Shown here: positions 1 through 10,159 of the stretch, piece after piece
Numbering within the stretch: the stretch's first letter is position 1
Layout: the number at the start of each line of letters is the position of its first letter
IMG/VR virus record: IMGVR_UViG_3300017963_000250
Length of the DNA: 64,000 bases
Reading direction: 5' to 3' (one strand)
Source of the DNA: an uncultured virus (IMG/VR IMGVR_UViG_3300017963_000250)
Lineage: Duplodnaviria; Heunggongvirae; Uroviricota; Caudoviricetes
The notes under the pieces: generated by a model
The model's input: the letters and a program-made list of their open reading frames with translations, nothing else
Told to the model about the DNA's origin: nothing
Database searches by the model: none
Translations under genes and position numbers: made by a program

Positions 1-94
1 CCTTGGTGTAGTCTTAGTGATGTGCACGATTTTTATCCACTATTTTACTTCTCCCCTTTCCCCCACCAAGCCCATAGCAATAAGTCTTCTCACC

Positions 95-712
95 CTATTC
101 TTTCCGCGCAAGCAGATAAACCAATCGCGCGTACATGTAGCGTCGTATCCTGCCCGCCGTCCTTTCGAGTTCGTCTATGACCTCGTACGGCTGGATGCAA
201 TCGTTTCTGGCAACGCTCTCGGTCACCGCATTGTCCACGAAACGGCATATGGACCCGAGAAGCGATTCGTGGATTTCGGTTGTGGATAACCCTGCCTCTT
301 TTGTGGATAACTCGGCATGGTCGGGGGTGTCGCCCGGTTTTTCTGCGTCGCCTTTTGTGGATAACTCCTGTTCGGTTGTGGATAACTTTTTTTGACGCTC
401 TTTGCGAAAATGGGCGATCACTTGCCGGTACTCGACTTCGAGGATATATGCCACGTCTTTCTTGCGGCACCCTTCCGCGAGCAGTTCTTTTGCTTTGGTC
501 GCCTGCTCTTCGGTCAGGGGCATTATGGGGTTGCTTCGTGGTTTTTTCCGGCCTAACCGGTACAGGCGTCGCTTGACGCCCTCGATCGGTTTCCCGACCA
601 CCCTGGCTATGTCGGCGTATGTCCGGTTCTGTTCGTCCATGAGGAGGGCGATCCGGTCATCATCCTCGGTCCATCTCTTGCGGCCGAACCTCGTCATTGT
701 TGGTCTGGTCAT
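95..712 (-). CDS. HTH-containing putative DNA-binding protein; its coding sequence embeds four DnaA boxes
   Basis: Start refined to ATG 712 (ATGA overlap with upstream gene). HTH-like segments WTEDDD...YADIARVVGKPIEGVKRRL and KKDVAYILEV. The LSTT/LSTK repeats are the translated DnaA boxes. Confidence 0.6.
   Translation of the reverse strand: MTRPTMTRFGRKRWTEDDDRIALLMDEQNRTYADIARVVGKPIEGVKRRLYRLGRKKPRSNPIMPLTEEQATKAKELLAEGCRKKDVAYILEVEYRQVIAHFRKERQKKLSTTEQELSTKGDAEKPGDTPDHAELSTKEAGLSTTEIHESLLGSICRFVDNAVTESVARNDCIQPYEVIDELERTAGRIRRYMYARLVYLLARKE
281..385. promoter_or_regulatory. Cluster of four perfect DnaA boxes (TGTGGATAA = TTATCCACA)
   Basis: TGTGGATAA at 281, 302, 356 and 377, same orientation, spacings 21/54/21 bp. 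Confidence 0.75.
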
Positions 713-1092
713 TTCCCCCTCCGTTCCTCCGCAAGTTGCGGATATGCGTAATCGATGGCGTCGGCATCGAGCGCGCCCTCGCCACCGAGAATGCGGACCT
801 GGACCGCATCTGCCGGCCAGGTGTGCGGGTTGGGCGGTTCGAGCACTGTACCGGTCTGGCCCATGTCCAGGTTGATATGCCGGCAATATTTCCGGCCGGT
901 GGTCTTGACCACCTTTATCGGGTCACCGACCCTGTATCCGGTGGGGTACACGTACTCTTCACCGGGCGGCGAGTCATTCTCGATGAGGTCGGTCAGGTAC
1001 TTCGTCACCGTGAGACCGAGCTCTGCCGCCCTGATCTTCACGCGCTTGTGAAGTTCCGGGGTGACCTTGGCCATTAGCAATTTCTTTTCCAT
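709..1092 (-). CDS. Ribbon-helix-helix-like DNA-binding protein with extra C-terminal domain
   Basis: MEKKLLMAKVTPELHKRVKIRAAELGLTVTKYLTDLIE fits the RHH (Arc/CopG/ParG) pattern. Start refined to ATG 1092. Confidence 0.65.
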   Translation of the reverse strand: MEKKLLMAKVTPELHKRVKIRAAELGLTVTKYLTDLIENDSPPGEEYVYPTGYRVGDPIKVVKTTGRKYCRHINLDMGQTGTVLEPPNPHTWPADAVQVRILGGEGALDADAIDYAYPQLAEERRGK

Positions 1093-1134
1093 AGGTGTCC
1101 CTTTATATAACTTTGTTTTACATACGGTGGGTAT

Positions 1135-1163
1135 ATTGTATAATATTTCTTGCCGGTTGTCAA
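1135..1163 (-). promoter_or_regulatory. sigma70-type promoter for the RHH gene
   Basis: Minus strand TTGACA (1163-1158), 17 bp, TACAAT (1140-1135). Confidence 0.7.
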
Positions 1164-1359
1164 TAAAAATTTCCCTGAGAAAAAATATTGCCGAAAAGCT
1201 TGGACAAAGATATCTTTCAGCAACCTGATTTATAAAACCCGTTTCGATACACACATGTCTATAAATACCTCCAGCTTTTTTTTTCGGCGCTATTCAAGAA
1301 GTCGTCTTGAGTAGCGCCGAATTTTGCCCCCAAAAAACGGCAGAAATCCGACCGGCAGC

Positions 1360-1871
1360 GTGACAAAACCGTAGATTAAAAAATGCCGAAAGTAATCCGC
1401 TGATCGCTTGTGTCCCAATGTCACACCTTCGCGTTTTTCGGAAAACGACCGCAAATATCCGAATATTTCCCGTTGCTATCGCGTATTTTCTCCGAAACGC
1501 TCCTCGCTGCGCCTGTCCCCATGGGGTGTGACACGGCAACATATTGCTATATAGCATGTTAGCTTCGTGTGTCACGCGTGACTTGCCCGTGTCACACGCG
1601 CAAACTGTTCGCTCAATTGGGTTTAACTTCGGTTTGTGACACGAGTGACATGGGAGGGGGGTTTTTAGGGGATATAGGGTTTTTTCTCAACTCGTGTAAA
1701 AAATGTTTTTTTTTGATGAAAAAAAAACAGTGTTTCGTGTTTCGGACCTCCCTCGCGCGCGAGGGTCCCCATGTCACTCGTGTCACACTATATAATAATA
1801 ATAATATATATATATATATTAACACCTTACGGTGTGACATTGCTTGTGACAAGGGTGAGTCATGTGTGACA
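1360..1871. repeat. Putative replication origin: GTGACA/TGTCAC iterons, a 20-bp inverted repeat and a TA-rich tract
   Basis: About 12 GTGACA/TGTCAC hexamers. Perfect IR 1635-1654 / 1768-1787. (TAA)n(TA)n tract at about 1789-1821. No convincing ORF. Confidence 0.55.
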
Positions 1872-2183
1872 CGCGCCTGTAATCTACTAAAGCGTATGCA
1901 CTTAGATGCCGGGTTTTCTCTTGACCCCCGTTTTTACTGGCGTCTGCGCTCTGCTCGGGGGTTTTACAGGGCCCCACGCAGAGGTCCTTCTCTCTGCGCA
2001 AGGTCCTTCCCTATACAGAGGTCCTTCCCTATACAGGACTGTACGGAACCCCATACAGGGAGAAACGCCCCTCTTTGATAGAGGGTCGAATATATCTTGA
2101 TCAGGGTTGCGTCAACCGGGCGGTTTTGGTAAAATGGGGAAGTGTAAAAAATACCTTACAGAAACCCCATAGGAGTTGACGCT

Positions 2184-3020
2184 ATGGATGAAATGATATT
2201 ATATGAATCCAAGACCATGAGAAATCAATACGCCAGCAAAACCGAGGTATTGATGGTATGCGGGTTCGATTCAGAGCAAGAGTATACGACGATAAAAGCA
2301 ACGGCAGCATTCTATCAGGTGCCAGAGGGCACATTGAAGTCTGTACTGAGCGAGAATCGTGGTGAGTTCGAAGAAGATGGACTCAGGGTGTTTACGTATG
2401 CGGAACTGAAGAAAGATTGTGGGAAGTTGGGTATTCCAACTTCCGAAATAAACCATCGAGGCCATGTTGGGTTGACTATGAGATGTGTTTTGCGTGCGGG
2501 AATGTTGCTTAGAGATAGCGCAAGGGCCAAGGAAATCAGAACTGTTTTGCTCAATGAACGAGAAAGATCATTGCCGATGACAGAAGACGAACTCGTGTCA
2601 AGGGCATTGGTGGTAGCTAATCGCAAACTCCTCCAGATCGAGTCCGAGAAAAAGCAGGTCGAGATGGAACGAGACGCTGCGTTCTCCCGTATAGGATACT
2701 TGCAGTGTCAGAAAGATCTCCGGGCGACCGCGGTGAAAATAAAGGAAGGGCCGAGGCGGGTGTGCGAGCATTATGGCTTTACCGACTACAAGGAGGCAGA
2801 GCGTCTCATCGAGGACGAGTGGAAAAAGAAGACCGGGAGAAGCCTGAGGGCGAGGTGGGCGAAAGAACGCCAGAGGCACCCCAAGTTAAAACGGTGGGAG
2901 TTCCTGATGCAAGAGAAGCTCGCGGACACCTACCTTTCCGTGATAGAGAGTCTGGTCGCCAACGATAGCCGCGGCAAACAGACTTGGCGTAAAGAAAAAC
3001 AGGACGAGTGGTTTTTGTAA
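2184..3020 (+). CDS. Phage antirepressor-like DNA-binding protein
   Basis: SD AGGAG. N-terminal A..Y.V....LKS...NR.E and GMLLRDS.RAK.IR pattern, then an LPMTEDELVSRALVVANRKL coiled-coil typical of Ant/Rha-type proteins. Confidence 0.5.
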   Translation: MDEMILYESKTMRNQYASKTEVLMVCGFDSEQEYTTIKATAAFYQVPEGTLKSVLSENRGEFEEDGLRVFTYAELKKDCGKLGIPTSEINHRGHVGLTMRCVLRAGMLLRDSARAKEIRTVLLNERERSLPMTEDELVSRALVVANRKLLQIESEKKQVEMERDAAFSRIGYLQCQKDLRATAVKIKEGPRRVCEHYGFTDYKEAERLIEDEWKKKTGRSLRARWAKERQRHPKLKRWEFLMQEKLADTYLSVIESLVANDSRGKQTWRKEKQDEWFL

Positions 3021-3530
3021 CAAAGGAGATAGTGATGTCGACCACAGCGTTAATAACCGTGAAGATAACCGGGATTGATGATCTCGCCCGCAGGATGTAT
3101 ATCGACCTCCTCAAGAATTACAACCCGGAGGATCTCGATGAAGAGAAAGAGGTGATGATGATGGAGTCGATGGTAGACAAGGACCGTAGCGGCGAATATA
3201 CCATAAAATATTATGTTGAGTATCCCACCCCATCCGCCCCTTCCTCCGAGTAGCTTCACGATCCCCCCCCAAAAAAACGCGGTGGACGTATAGCCCACCG
3301 CGCCACTGGAAAATAATGGTACTGTCAAAGAGATTTTCTCAGTCCCTGTAAACCCCCTTGTAGGTGATCCCCTGGAAGAACCGGTACCGGTACTCCGTTT
3401 TGTGCCGGCGAAAGTCTTTCAGTGTAGACCATAGTTCGCGTACCGGCACCCTGTATCGTATCCACACGCCATCAGACAGGTAGGCGAGTTCAACCATGAC
3501 AGGCTTCTCCTCCATATGGTGTCTCCTTCC

Positions 3531-6362
3531 CTAAAACATTTCCGATTGGCTTTCACTGGGCTTCTCCCATTCATGTGGGGTGCTCTCAGCGTCATCACGG
3601 TCGTAGTCGAGCGATATGCGCCAGGTCCACTTCTGGTCACCGAGCACACGGTCGCGCTTCCTTTCGGCCCCCAGCCCTTCCAGGAGCTTGCCCAGCGTTC
3701 GTTCGTCCGGGATGGCGTCCTTCTCTGTGGCCTGCCCCGCGAATCGTTTGACGTACGGGTGCGCGCCCTTGAGCGAGAACACCAGCGCGTCGTTTTCCGC
3801 GCCGTTCGCTTCGCTTCGCGCGATATTGGGGGGAAGGTCGCCGTTCGCGAGCATCGCCCGCATCAGGTTGAGGAACATCACCGCCGAGTTGGAGTCCTCG
3901 GTCGCGCGTTGCTGGTCCAGGATGTCCCGCTCGATCCAGGCAACGTGCATGTTTTCGGCAAGTCCGAGCTTTTCCAGGAACAGGTTGTAACAGGCTTTCA
4001 GTATCGAGTGGTTGTCGACTATACGTTGGTCTGCCTCAATCTTCGAGTTCGCCATGATCTCCCTGTCCGCCTCCTTGATTATCTCCTTGGGCGTGATTTT
4101 GAGCGCCTCCGGCACGAAGCAGGCCATGTAGTCCTTGCGCTTCTTCAGTTCCCATATCGACTCCTTTGACGCCTCGTTTCGGGTGATCTGGTCGAAATCG
4201 AGCGTCACCAGCCTGGACGCGACTGCTTCGCTTTCGTACCCGGTGATCAGTCTGGTCGAGCACAGGACGAACGCGGCATTGATAGCGCCGGTCTTGATCT
4301 GGAGGTCGTTCGTGGTCATCGCCCGCGCGTACGGATCGCGGTCGTAGAACGCCTGCACCGTCGCGTTGGTTTTCCGGCCGGCCTGATATTCGTTAAGTAC
4401 CAGCGGGATGCCGCAGTATTTTTCTGCCGCCCGGTTCCATGCCTTGGTCGTACTGTTGAAATTGAACGGCTTTATCTCGCGGTGCGCACCGAACAGGGCC
4501 AGGATAAACTCGGCCAGGGTCGACTTGCCGCACCCTTTCGGCCCATTCAGGAACAGCAGCGGGTAGAACCCGTAATGGTCCTTGATGTCGTTCGCGAATA
4601 ACGCCCCGACCGCGAATCCGAGTGCCTTCCACAGTTGCTGCCTGGACGCGGTCTTGTCGTATGCGTCGTGGAAGTGCCGGATCGTGTCCTCCATGAATTT
4701 CTTGGGGTTTCCCGGCATGTTGATCTTGAGGATGCCCTTCGGCGGGATGAGGTCGGTCAGCGGCATCACCTGGCCCGGTATCGCCAGACCGTTCGTGAAC
4801 ATGAAGACCTGCTGACCCTCTTGCTTCCCGACATATTGGGTCTTCCTCTTCTCCTCGGTACATGACTCGTCCGTTACGTATTCGAGGAAACTGTTGTGGA
4901 CGATCTTGGACGAATTGTCGACTAGGTGCATCCCGACCGAGGCAACCTTGTCGCAGAACTTTTGCAGGATCATGAGGTCGCTGCCGGCGATCTCGATCGT
5001 GCGGGTGATACCGTTTCTCGTCAGCGCGATGAGCCACGACACCTCGTCGTCGTCGTTCACGATCTTCTCCATCACCCGCATCGTGAAGTTGCACACCTGT
5101 ACTTTCTCGGTCTTTACCTCGCCGGTCTGCGGATCGACCTTTATTTTATTGAAAAACGTTTTGCCGTCTACCTCCTGGAAATGCTTGTTTTTTTTGCGTT
5201 TCTTTTCCGGCGCGTTCGCGCACCGGTGCGGGGACCCGTCCGGGTTTACCGGCTTTTTGTCCATGAACGTGATCGTGCCACCGCATCGGTCGCATCCGCG
5301 CTCCAGTGATGGCGGGTCGATGCCGAGTTCATCGCAAGCCTCCAGGAAGTTCTTGCCGTCCTCCTGCATCACCAGCCCGATCACATGCTTGCCGCTGCCT
5401 CCTTTCTTGACGTTGTACTTGCAGTTGCCGGCGCAGCAGTAGAATTCAATACCGTGTCGCGACACCACGAATCCGGACGGGTTGGAGTCGTTGTGAAACT
5501 TGCACAAATATTGGCCCGACCGGTCGGGCTTCATGCCGTACCGGTCACGCAGCACGTTTACCATCTCTATTTCGCGCAACTGGGCGTCTAACCGGTCGTC
5601 GGTCTCCATCTTGATCCCGGACCGCGCCGCTTTCTTGATGTCAATGAACTCCTGCCGCTCCTTTTTCTCCTTATCTTCTGTCGCCCTTTTCTCCTGCTGT
5701 GCCTCATTTACTACCTCTTCCGCTTTTTTGCGTGATATTTTCGGTGTCTTGGCGATGCGCTCCCAGGTTTTTTTATCCTTCGTCGAGTGCCACCCGCCTT
5801 TGCCGTCCCAGAACCACACATGCGAATAATCGTCCGTGGAGTGGTACTTACCGGGCAGACGCACGTAGTTCCCCCACTTGCGTTTGCCTTTCTGTTTCGG
5901 AAAGGTCTCCGGACACCCCGGCGCGACTGCTTCCGCGAATTCGTACGCCAGCCCTTGCGGTATTACCTCCTCGAAGAAAAACCAGAGGTGGTATCCGCCA
6001 GTAGAGTCTTCGAGCAGGAACGAGATTTCGCGCTCGTGCAGGACGTTAAGAACCGGGTTTATCTCGAAGAGCAGCTTCTTTTTCTCCTCTTCGAGCTTTT
6101 TACAGTCTCCGTTTATGAGCCCGAGCTTCGCTTCTTTCGCCGTGTCGTAGTCGGCGCACGCGAGACAGGACCCCTCATCCTCCGATTGGGTGTACGTGCC
6201 GATCGGCTGGCCCTTGCCCTCGATGTGATCGGCGATAAGCTTATCGGTTACCTCCTTTTTTACGTTTTTTCCTTCGGTTTTCTTCCCCTTTTGTCTCGCC
6301 TTGTAGGACCCGTAGCCATCGGTCCTCACAAAAAACAAGTCCTTTATTTTTCCCTCTAACAT
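3531..6362 (-). CDS. DNA primase-helicase (N-terminal AEP-like primase, CHC2-like Zn finger, C-terminal P-loop helicase)
   Basis: 943 aa. ADYD, EDSTGGYHLWFF and YVRLPG primase-like motifs; CKFHNDSNPS...CCAGNC Zn ribbon; Walker A GPKGCGKST; Walker B-like LVLNE. Confidence 0.8.
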   Translation of the reverse strand: MLEGKIKDLFFVRTDGYGSYKARQKGKKTEGKNVKKEVTDKLIADHIEGKGQPIGTYTQSEDEGSCLACADYDTAKEAKLGLINGDCKKLEEEKKKLLFEINPVLNVLHEREISFLLEDSTGGYHLWFFFEEVIPQGLAYEFAEAVAPGCPETFPKQKGKRKWGNYVRLPGKYHSTDDYSHVWFWDGKGGWHSTKDKKTWERIAKTPKISRKKAEEVVNEAQQEKRATEDKEKKERQEFIDIKKAARSGIKMETDDRLDAQLREIEMVNVLRDRYGMKPDRSGQYLCKFHNDSNPSGFVVSRHGIEFYCCAGNCKYNVKKGGSGKHVIGLVMQEDGKNFLEACDELGIDPPSLERGCDRCGGTITFMDKKPVNPDGSPHRCANAPEKKRKKNKHFQEVDGKTFFNKIKVDPQTGEVKTEKVQVCNFTMRVMEKIVNDDDEVSWLIALTRNGITRTIEIAGSDLMILQKFCDKVASVGMHLVDNSSKIVHNSFLEYVTDESCTEEKRKTQYVGKQEGQQVFMFTNGLAIPGQVMPLTDLIPPKGILKINMPGNPKKFMEDTIRHFHDAYDKTASRQQLWKALGFAVGALFANDIKDHYGFYPLLFLNGPKGCGKSTLAEFILALFGAHREIKPFNFNSTTKAWNRAAEKYCGIPLVLNEYQAGRKTNATVQAFYDRDPYARAMTTNDLQIKTGAINAAFVLCSTRLITGYESEAVASRLVTLDFDQITRNEASKESIWELKKRKDYMACFVPEALKITPKEIIKEADREIMANSKIEADQRIVDNHSILKACYNLFLEKLGLAENMHVAWIERDILDQQRATEDSNSAVMFLNLMRAMLANGDLPPNIARSEANGAENDALVFSLKGAHPYVKRFAGQATEKDAIPDERTLGKLLEGLGAERKRDRVLGDQKWTWRISLDYDRDDAESTPHEWEKPSESQSEMF

Positions 6363-6372
6363 AGTGAGTCCT

Positions 6373-6618
6373 TTAGACGAAATTGTTCAGTTCATCAGTT
6401 TTCTTCCCGAGTTCCTTCCATATTTTGAGGAAGGTCACGACACCGGGTTCCCTCTTCCCCCGTTCGATAAGCGAAATGCAGTTCCTGGTCTTTCCGACCT
6501 TTTCCGCGAGATCGAACTGGGTAATACTGAGTTCCTTGCGCGCCTTCCTCGCTTCGTTCCCGAGTATCTTTACCAGATCCACTTTCTCCATAATGGGTCT
6601 CCTATTAGTTTTTTGCAA
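6373..6618 (-). CDS. XRE-family HTH transcriptional regulator
   Basis: RKELSITQFDLAEKVGKTRNCISLIERGKREP. Confidence 0.85.
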   Translation of the reverse strand: MQKTNRRPIMEKVDLVKILGNEARKARKELSITQFDLAEKVGKTRNCISLIERGKREPGVVTFLKIWKELGKKTDELNNFV

Positions 6619-6630
6619 ACAATAGTTGAC

Positions 6631-6675
6631 ATTTTATCCATTAAAAATGCCCGTGTCAAGGACGGGCATTTTTTT
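6631..6675 (-). promoter_or_regulatory. Promoter (TTGACA-17-TAAAAT) overlapping a bidirectional terminator-like hairpin
   Basis: Minus TTGACA 6659-6654 and TAAAAT 6636-6631. Hairpin AAAAATGCCCGT-gtcaagg-ACGGGCATTTTT. Confidence 0.6.
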
Positions 6676-7049
6676 TATTTAAACGGTGACCATTTGCCCC
6701 AGGCATGGTCATCTTCGCCTTTTACCCGGCAGAACCATCCCGGTTCTGCGATTCTGGCCTGGGTGATAACCTGTAGCGCGGTCAGTGTCTCCCGGTGCAA
6801 CCGATCCATGTACATCCGGTCTTTCTCCTCTTTCTCCCTCTCTTCGAGCGGTTCCTGACAGTGCGGGCATACTTCCTTCTTTTTATACCCGAGTATTCTG
6901 GCGATGTCACCGAGAACGTCAGAATTTCCATACGGTTTTTTGCTATAAATGCCAGGAGCGCCATATTCACCGCCGTTCCAGACGAAGTTGGCGTGCTCTA
7001 GGAGCAGCAGGTGCTCCTGGAGTAATACGAATTTTTCCATGGTTGCCAT
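6675..7049 (-). CDS. Hypothetical phage protein (CPHC motif)
   Basis: ORF in a tightly packed minus-strand operon, SD GGAGG. Confidence 0.6.
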   Translation of the reverse strand: MATMEKFVLLQEHLLLLEHANFVWNGGEYGAPGIYSKKPYGNSDVLGDIARILGYKKKEVCPHCQEPLEEREKEEKDRMYMDRLHRETLTALQVITQARIAEPGWFCRVKGEDDHAWGKWSPFK

Positions 7050-7343
7050 CTATTCATCCTCCTCCTCCGGTTTTTCGCAGGTAAAATTCCATTCGTAATA
7101 ATTATCATTCAGGTTGGCCACATATAGTTCGTGGCGGTTTGCCGGCGGGCTAAACTTTTCTCCATGTTGGCACAAATCTCTTGTTAGTAAATATCGGTAG
7201 TATCCGTCTTTCAGTCCGAATATTGTGAGACCGCCCTGGCTGTCGCATTGAACCTTGATGATGGTTTCGGGCTCATTGCCATATACCTTTAGCCTGGAGA
7301 TGCCTTTCTCCAGGAGTTTCGCGAAATATTCCTGTGTGGTCAT
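7050..7343 (-). CDS. Hypothetical protein
   Basis: Operon packing, SD GAGGAG. Confidence 0.55.
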   Translation of the reverse strand: MTTQEYFAKLLEKGISRLKVYGNEPETIIKVQCDSQGGLTIFGLKDGYYRYLLTRDLCQHGEKFSPPANRHELYVANLNDNYYEWNFTCEKPEEEDE

Positions 7344-7693
7344 TTTGCTCCTCTCAATAGTTCAGTCATTTTCTCAAGAGTTGGGTGCTTCTCGAAGATA
7401 CTCCCGTCTCGGGTATGCCTTTTATGCAGTGCGATCCGGAGGTATCTCGGAGCGAGAGGGAATATTTCCCCACGGACGCAACGATCGTGACACAGCACTA
7501 CAAATTTGGTCAGGTCGCTAAAATCGTAGGTCGACATGCTATGGAAGGAGTTTATCGCTATTCCGTTCCCGAATTCATATATGTCTCCGGGAAGATGGTG
7601 TTCACCGTTCCACAGATCGCAAAGTAATTCGTAGCATTCTTTCTGGTCTGGCGTCATATTCTCCGGTTCAAGTATTTTCTTTTTCATGGGCAT
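7340..7693 (-). CDS. Hypothetical phage protein
   Basis: Start refined to 7693; STYDFSDLTKFVVLCHDRCVR; ATGA overlap with next gene. Confidence 0.6.
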   Translation of the reverse strand: MPMKKKILEPENMTPDQKECYELLCDLWNGEHHLPGDIYEFGNGIAINSFHSMSTYDFSDLTKFVVLCHDRCVRGEIFPLAPRYLRIALHKRHTRDGSIFEKHPTLEKMTELLRGAK

Positions 7694-7884
7694 TCCCTCT
7701 CTCCTTTCCCTCAGGTTTGCCGACCGTCTCGTAAGCCAGCAGTTTTGCGCGAAGCTCGGCAATTTCTTGCTGTTGCTGGATACAGAGCGCGACAAGTTCT
7801 CTTGCATACGGATCTGTTATGCTGCTCAGTTTTTGCCATGCTTCCGGGTATGCAGATGCGAACTTTTCGAGCATTTTAAGTTTT

Positions 7885-8154
7885 TCATCGGTTAAGCCCA
7901 TGGTTATCCTCCAGAATAATCTTGTCAAGTTCGCTCCTGACAAGCCTCATATAATTATGCCGACTGCTACATCCATAATAAATCGCCTTCTCTTTCATCA
8001 TCTGATGCAGTTCCCCGGTATTCTTACTTTTGTCCTGCTCTATAATACCCAAAAAATCAGGGATGGGTATTCGCACGAGTTGTATGTCGCGCTTCGCGCT
8101 GTAATCATACTCGCCGGCGGCAATTATCGCCTTTGCCTGTTCAGGTGTTATCAT
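7885..8154 (-). CDS. Hypothetical protein
   Basis: Operon packing, SD AGGAG. Confidence 0.5.
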   Translation of the reverse strand: MITPEQAKAIIAAGEYDYSAKRDIQLVRIPIPDFLGIIEQDKSKNTGELHQMMKEKAIYYGCSSRHNYMRLVRSELDKIILEDNHGLNR

Positions 8155-8157
8155 TGG

Positions 8158-8436
8158 TTATCTCCTCCTTACTCCCTTTACCCAGTCCATCAAGCTTTGT
8201 CTCTCTGCTCGCGCTTCTTCAATTGTTTTTTCGTACACCATTTCCAGTCGCTCGGACGCTTTATATGCGGCCCAAAAGCTGTCTGTTATTACATCTGTTA
8301 TTTCTTCTGTCCACTTCTCGACGTCCTGCCGTTCCTGACTTTTGTTGCGGCACACGTCTTCTCTGATTATGCTCAGTATATTTCTGAGACACAGCAATGT
8401 TATCGGATCATTCGCTGCTTCAACTCTGGTTATCAT
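8158..8436 (-). CDS. Hypothetical protein
   Basis: Operon packing, SD GAGG. Confidence 0.5.
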   Translation of the reverse strand: MITRVEAANDPITLLCLRNILSIIREDVCRNKSQERQDVEKWTEEITDVITDSFWAAYKASERLEMVYEKTIEEARAERQSLMDWVKGVRRR

Positions 8437-8877
8437 TGGTTATTCCTCTTTTTCCTCTTTTCAGTTCTTTGCCTCTTTTTCTAAGCTCTTCCAGATAGCG
8501 TAGTTCGTCTTGTATGCAGGCAAAATCGTGTTCTAAGACCTTGCATTTGTCGCACAGCGTCTCTTTGCGGTCACACCATACGTGCATGAATTTCCTTTGG
8601 CACTTTATGCAGGTGTCGGTGCAATAGAGCGTAGCACCGTAATCGTATCCGGCCCATGCCACGTACTTGGCACTTCCCCCCTCCTTGCCGGTCATCTATT
8701 GGCCCACCATTTTGCAACGAGATGCAGTGTCTGGCACATGGCAAACCCGAGCGCGAAGCATCCGATCATAATTGGCAGCATTGTCGTTTCTGCTAAAATC
8801 ATTTTAACCGTCCTTTCATTTCATAAAAAAAATTTGCTACGCGAAATGTAGCATTTGCTACGCGAAATGTAGCAACG

Positions 8878-9231
8878 CTACACCTCTTTATCTTTCTCAA
8901 TAAGCGGGTACTCCCATTCCCCGGTTTTTTCGTACTGGTCTTTCGGGCAGTGTGTCGGATGACATCCGCGGTACCTGATGCCGCAGTCTGAATGATGGTA
9001 CTGGTCCCAATCTACCGGTACTGTATCGAAAACCCAATCATCGAGCACCTTCTTGACAAACTTGTCTTCCAGGTAAAACAGGTCATCTCTCGTATCGCCA
9101 CCCTGCCTTGCTATCTTGTAGAGCGCCTCGCATAGACGCAGTCGCGGATTCGTTTTCCAGTACGACTCCAGCAGACTGAGGATATCGTCGATTTGCATTA
9201 GCCTGCTTTTGCTAATCTTCTTTTTTCTCAT
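8878..9231 (-). CDS. Hypothetical protein (N-terminus resembles YihD/DUF1040 pattern)
   Basis: IDDILSLLESYWKTNPRLRLCEAL...DLFYLED. Confidence 0.5.
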   Translation of the reverse strand: MRKKKISKSRLMQIDDILSLLESYWKTNPRLRLCEALYKIARQGGDTRDDLFYLEDKFVKKVLDDWVFDTVPVDWDQYHHSDCGIRYRGCHPTHCPKDQYEKTGEWEYPLIEKDKEV

Positions 9232-9257
9232 TTTTTTCCCTTTACTATGCTTCCCCC

Positions 9258-9839
9258 CTAGAACGTGTCAAGCTCGCCGGGTTCCACGTCGAGCACTTCC
9301 TCTGTTTCCACCATGAATACGATTTCTCCCCCGGCAAATTCGCCTTTCTTCGCTTTTACTTCGATGTTCGTCGTGTCGGTGGTGATTATCTGGCGAAAAT
9401 CTTCCTGATACTCATAACCATCGAATACACGAGTTACTCCCGACATTTTACGCGAGAACTTGATGTTTTTTTCGACGCGCCTGTTTTTCTTTATTATTTT
9501 TTCCTCTGATCCCCCGCAGAACTTCGCTTTCCATCGTGTTTTCTTCTTCATTTTTACGAACAGAATCCTCTCCTTGATTATCGCGTCCACCCATATGACC
9601 CTCGCGTCTTTCGGTATCGCGATTTTGCAAACGACCTTCTTTCCCCATAATTCTGCGGTCGCTTCGTACCTCCTTTTGCCGATGCCAGCCCCCACCGTGC
9701 TTTTTTGGGGGGGGAATATAGGCATGTAAGGCATAACAGAAGCACTGTAGCCACAGGTATGGCACTGTAATATTTTTCTGCTTGTGCCGTCCCATTCCCC
9801 CATCGGTCCTTTGCATTCGCCGCATGTAATGTCTACCAT
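9258..9839 (-). CDS. Zn-ribbon plus beta-sandwich domain related to the C-termini of the 17.8-20.3 kb proteins
   Basis: CGEC/CHTC; RRYEATAELWG...IAIPKDARVIWV...WKAKFCGG...FAGGEIVF. Confidence 0.55.
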   Translation of the reverse strand: MVDITCGECKGPMGEWDGTSRKILQCHTCGYSASVMPYMPIFPPQKSTVGAGIGKRRYEATAELWGKKVVCKIAIPKDARVIWVDAIIKERILFVKMKKKTRWKAKFCGGSEEKIIKKNRRVEKNIKFSRKMSGVTRVFDGYEYQEDFRQIITTDTTNIEVKAKKGEFAGGEIVFMVETEEVLDVEPGELDTF

Positions 9840-10159
9840 TTTTTCCTCCTTTCATTTTCCTCTTTGGTACACTTCCAGCAGTAATACTCATGGTCGAGAA
9901 GTTTGTTGTGAACCGTACACACGTTCTTCTCCCGAAGCTCTTCTGGGAGGCAGTCTATACAAAATTGGTCGCCTTTCGTGATCAGGACAGAGGCGATTTT
10001 CTCGCAGTGGGGACACACAGGATCGTCGCTGCCGAAAGCATCGTCGTAGCATTCTTGTTTTCCACACAAGCCGTCGGAGTACAATCTGGAAAGCGTTCCT
10101 GTTGGTTCGCCACAGATTCGGCACCTGTCTATGGTGTCTATTTTATCTTTGTTGTCCAT
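9833..10159 (-). CDS. Cys-rich (Zn-finger) hypothetical protein
   Basis: Multiple CxxC pairs. Confidence 0.55.
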   Translation of the reverse strand: MDNKDKIDTIDRCRICGEPTGTLSRLYSDGLCGKQECYDDAFGSDDPVCPHCEKIASVLITKGDQFCIDCLPEELREKNVCTVHNKLLDHEYYCWKCTKEENERRKKW

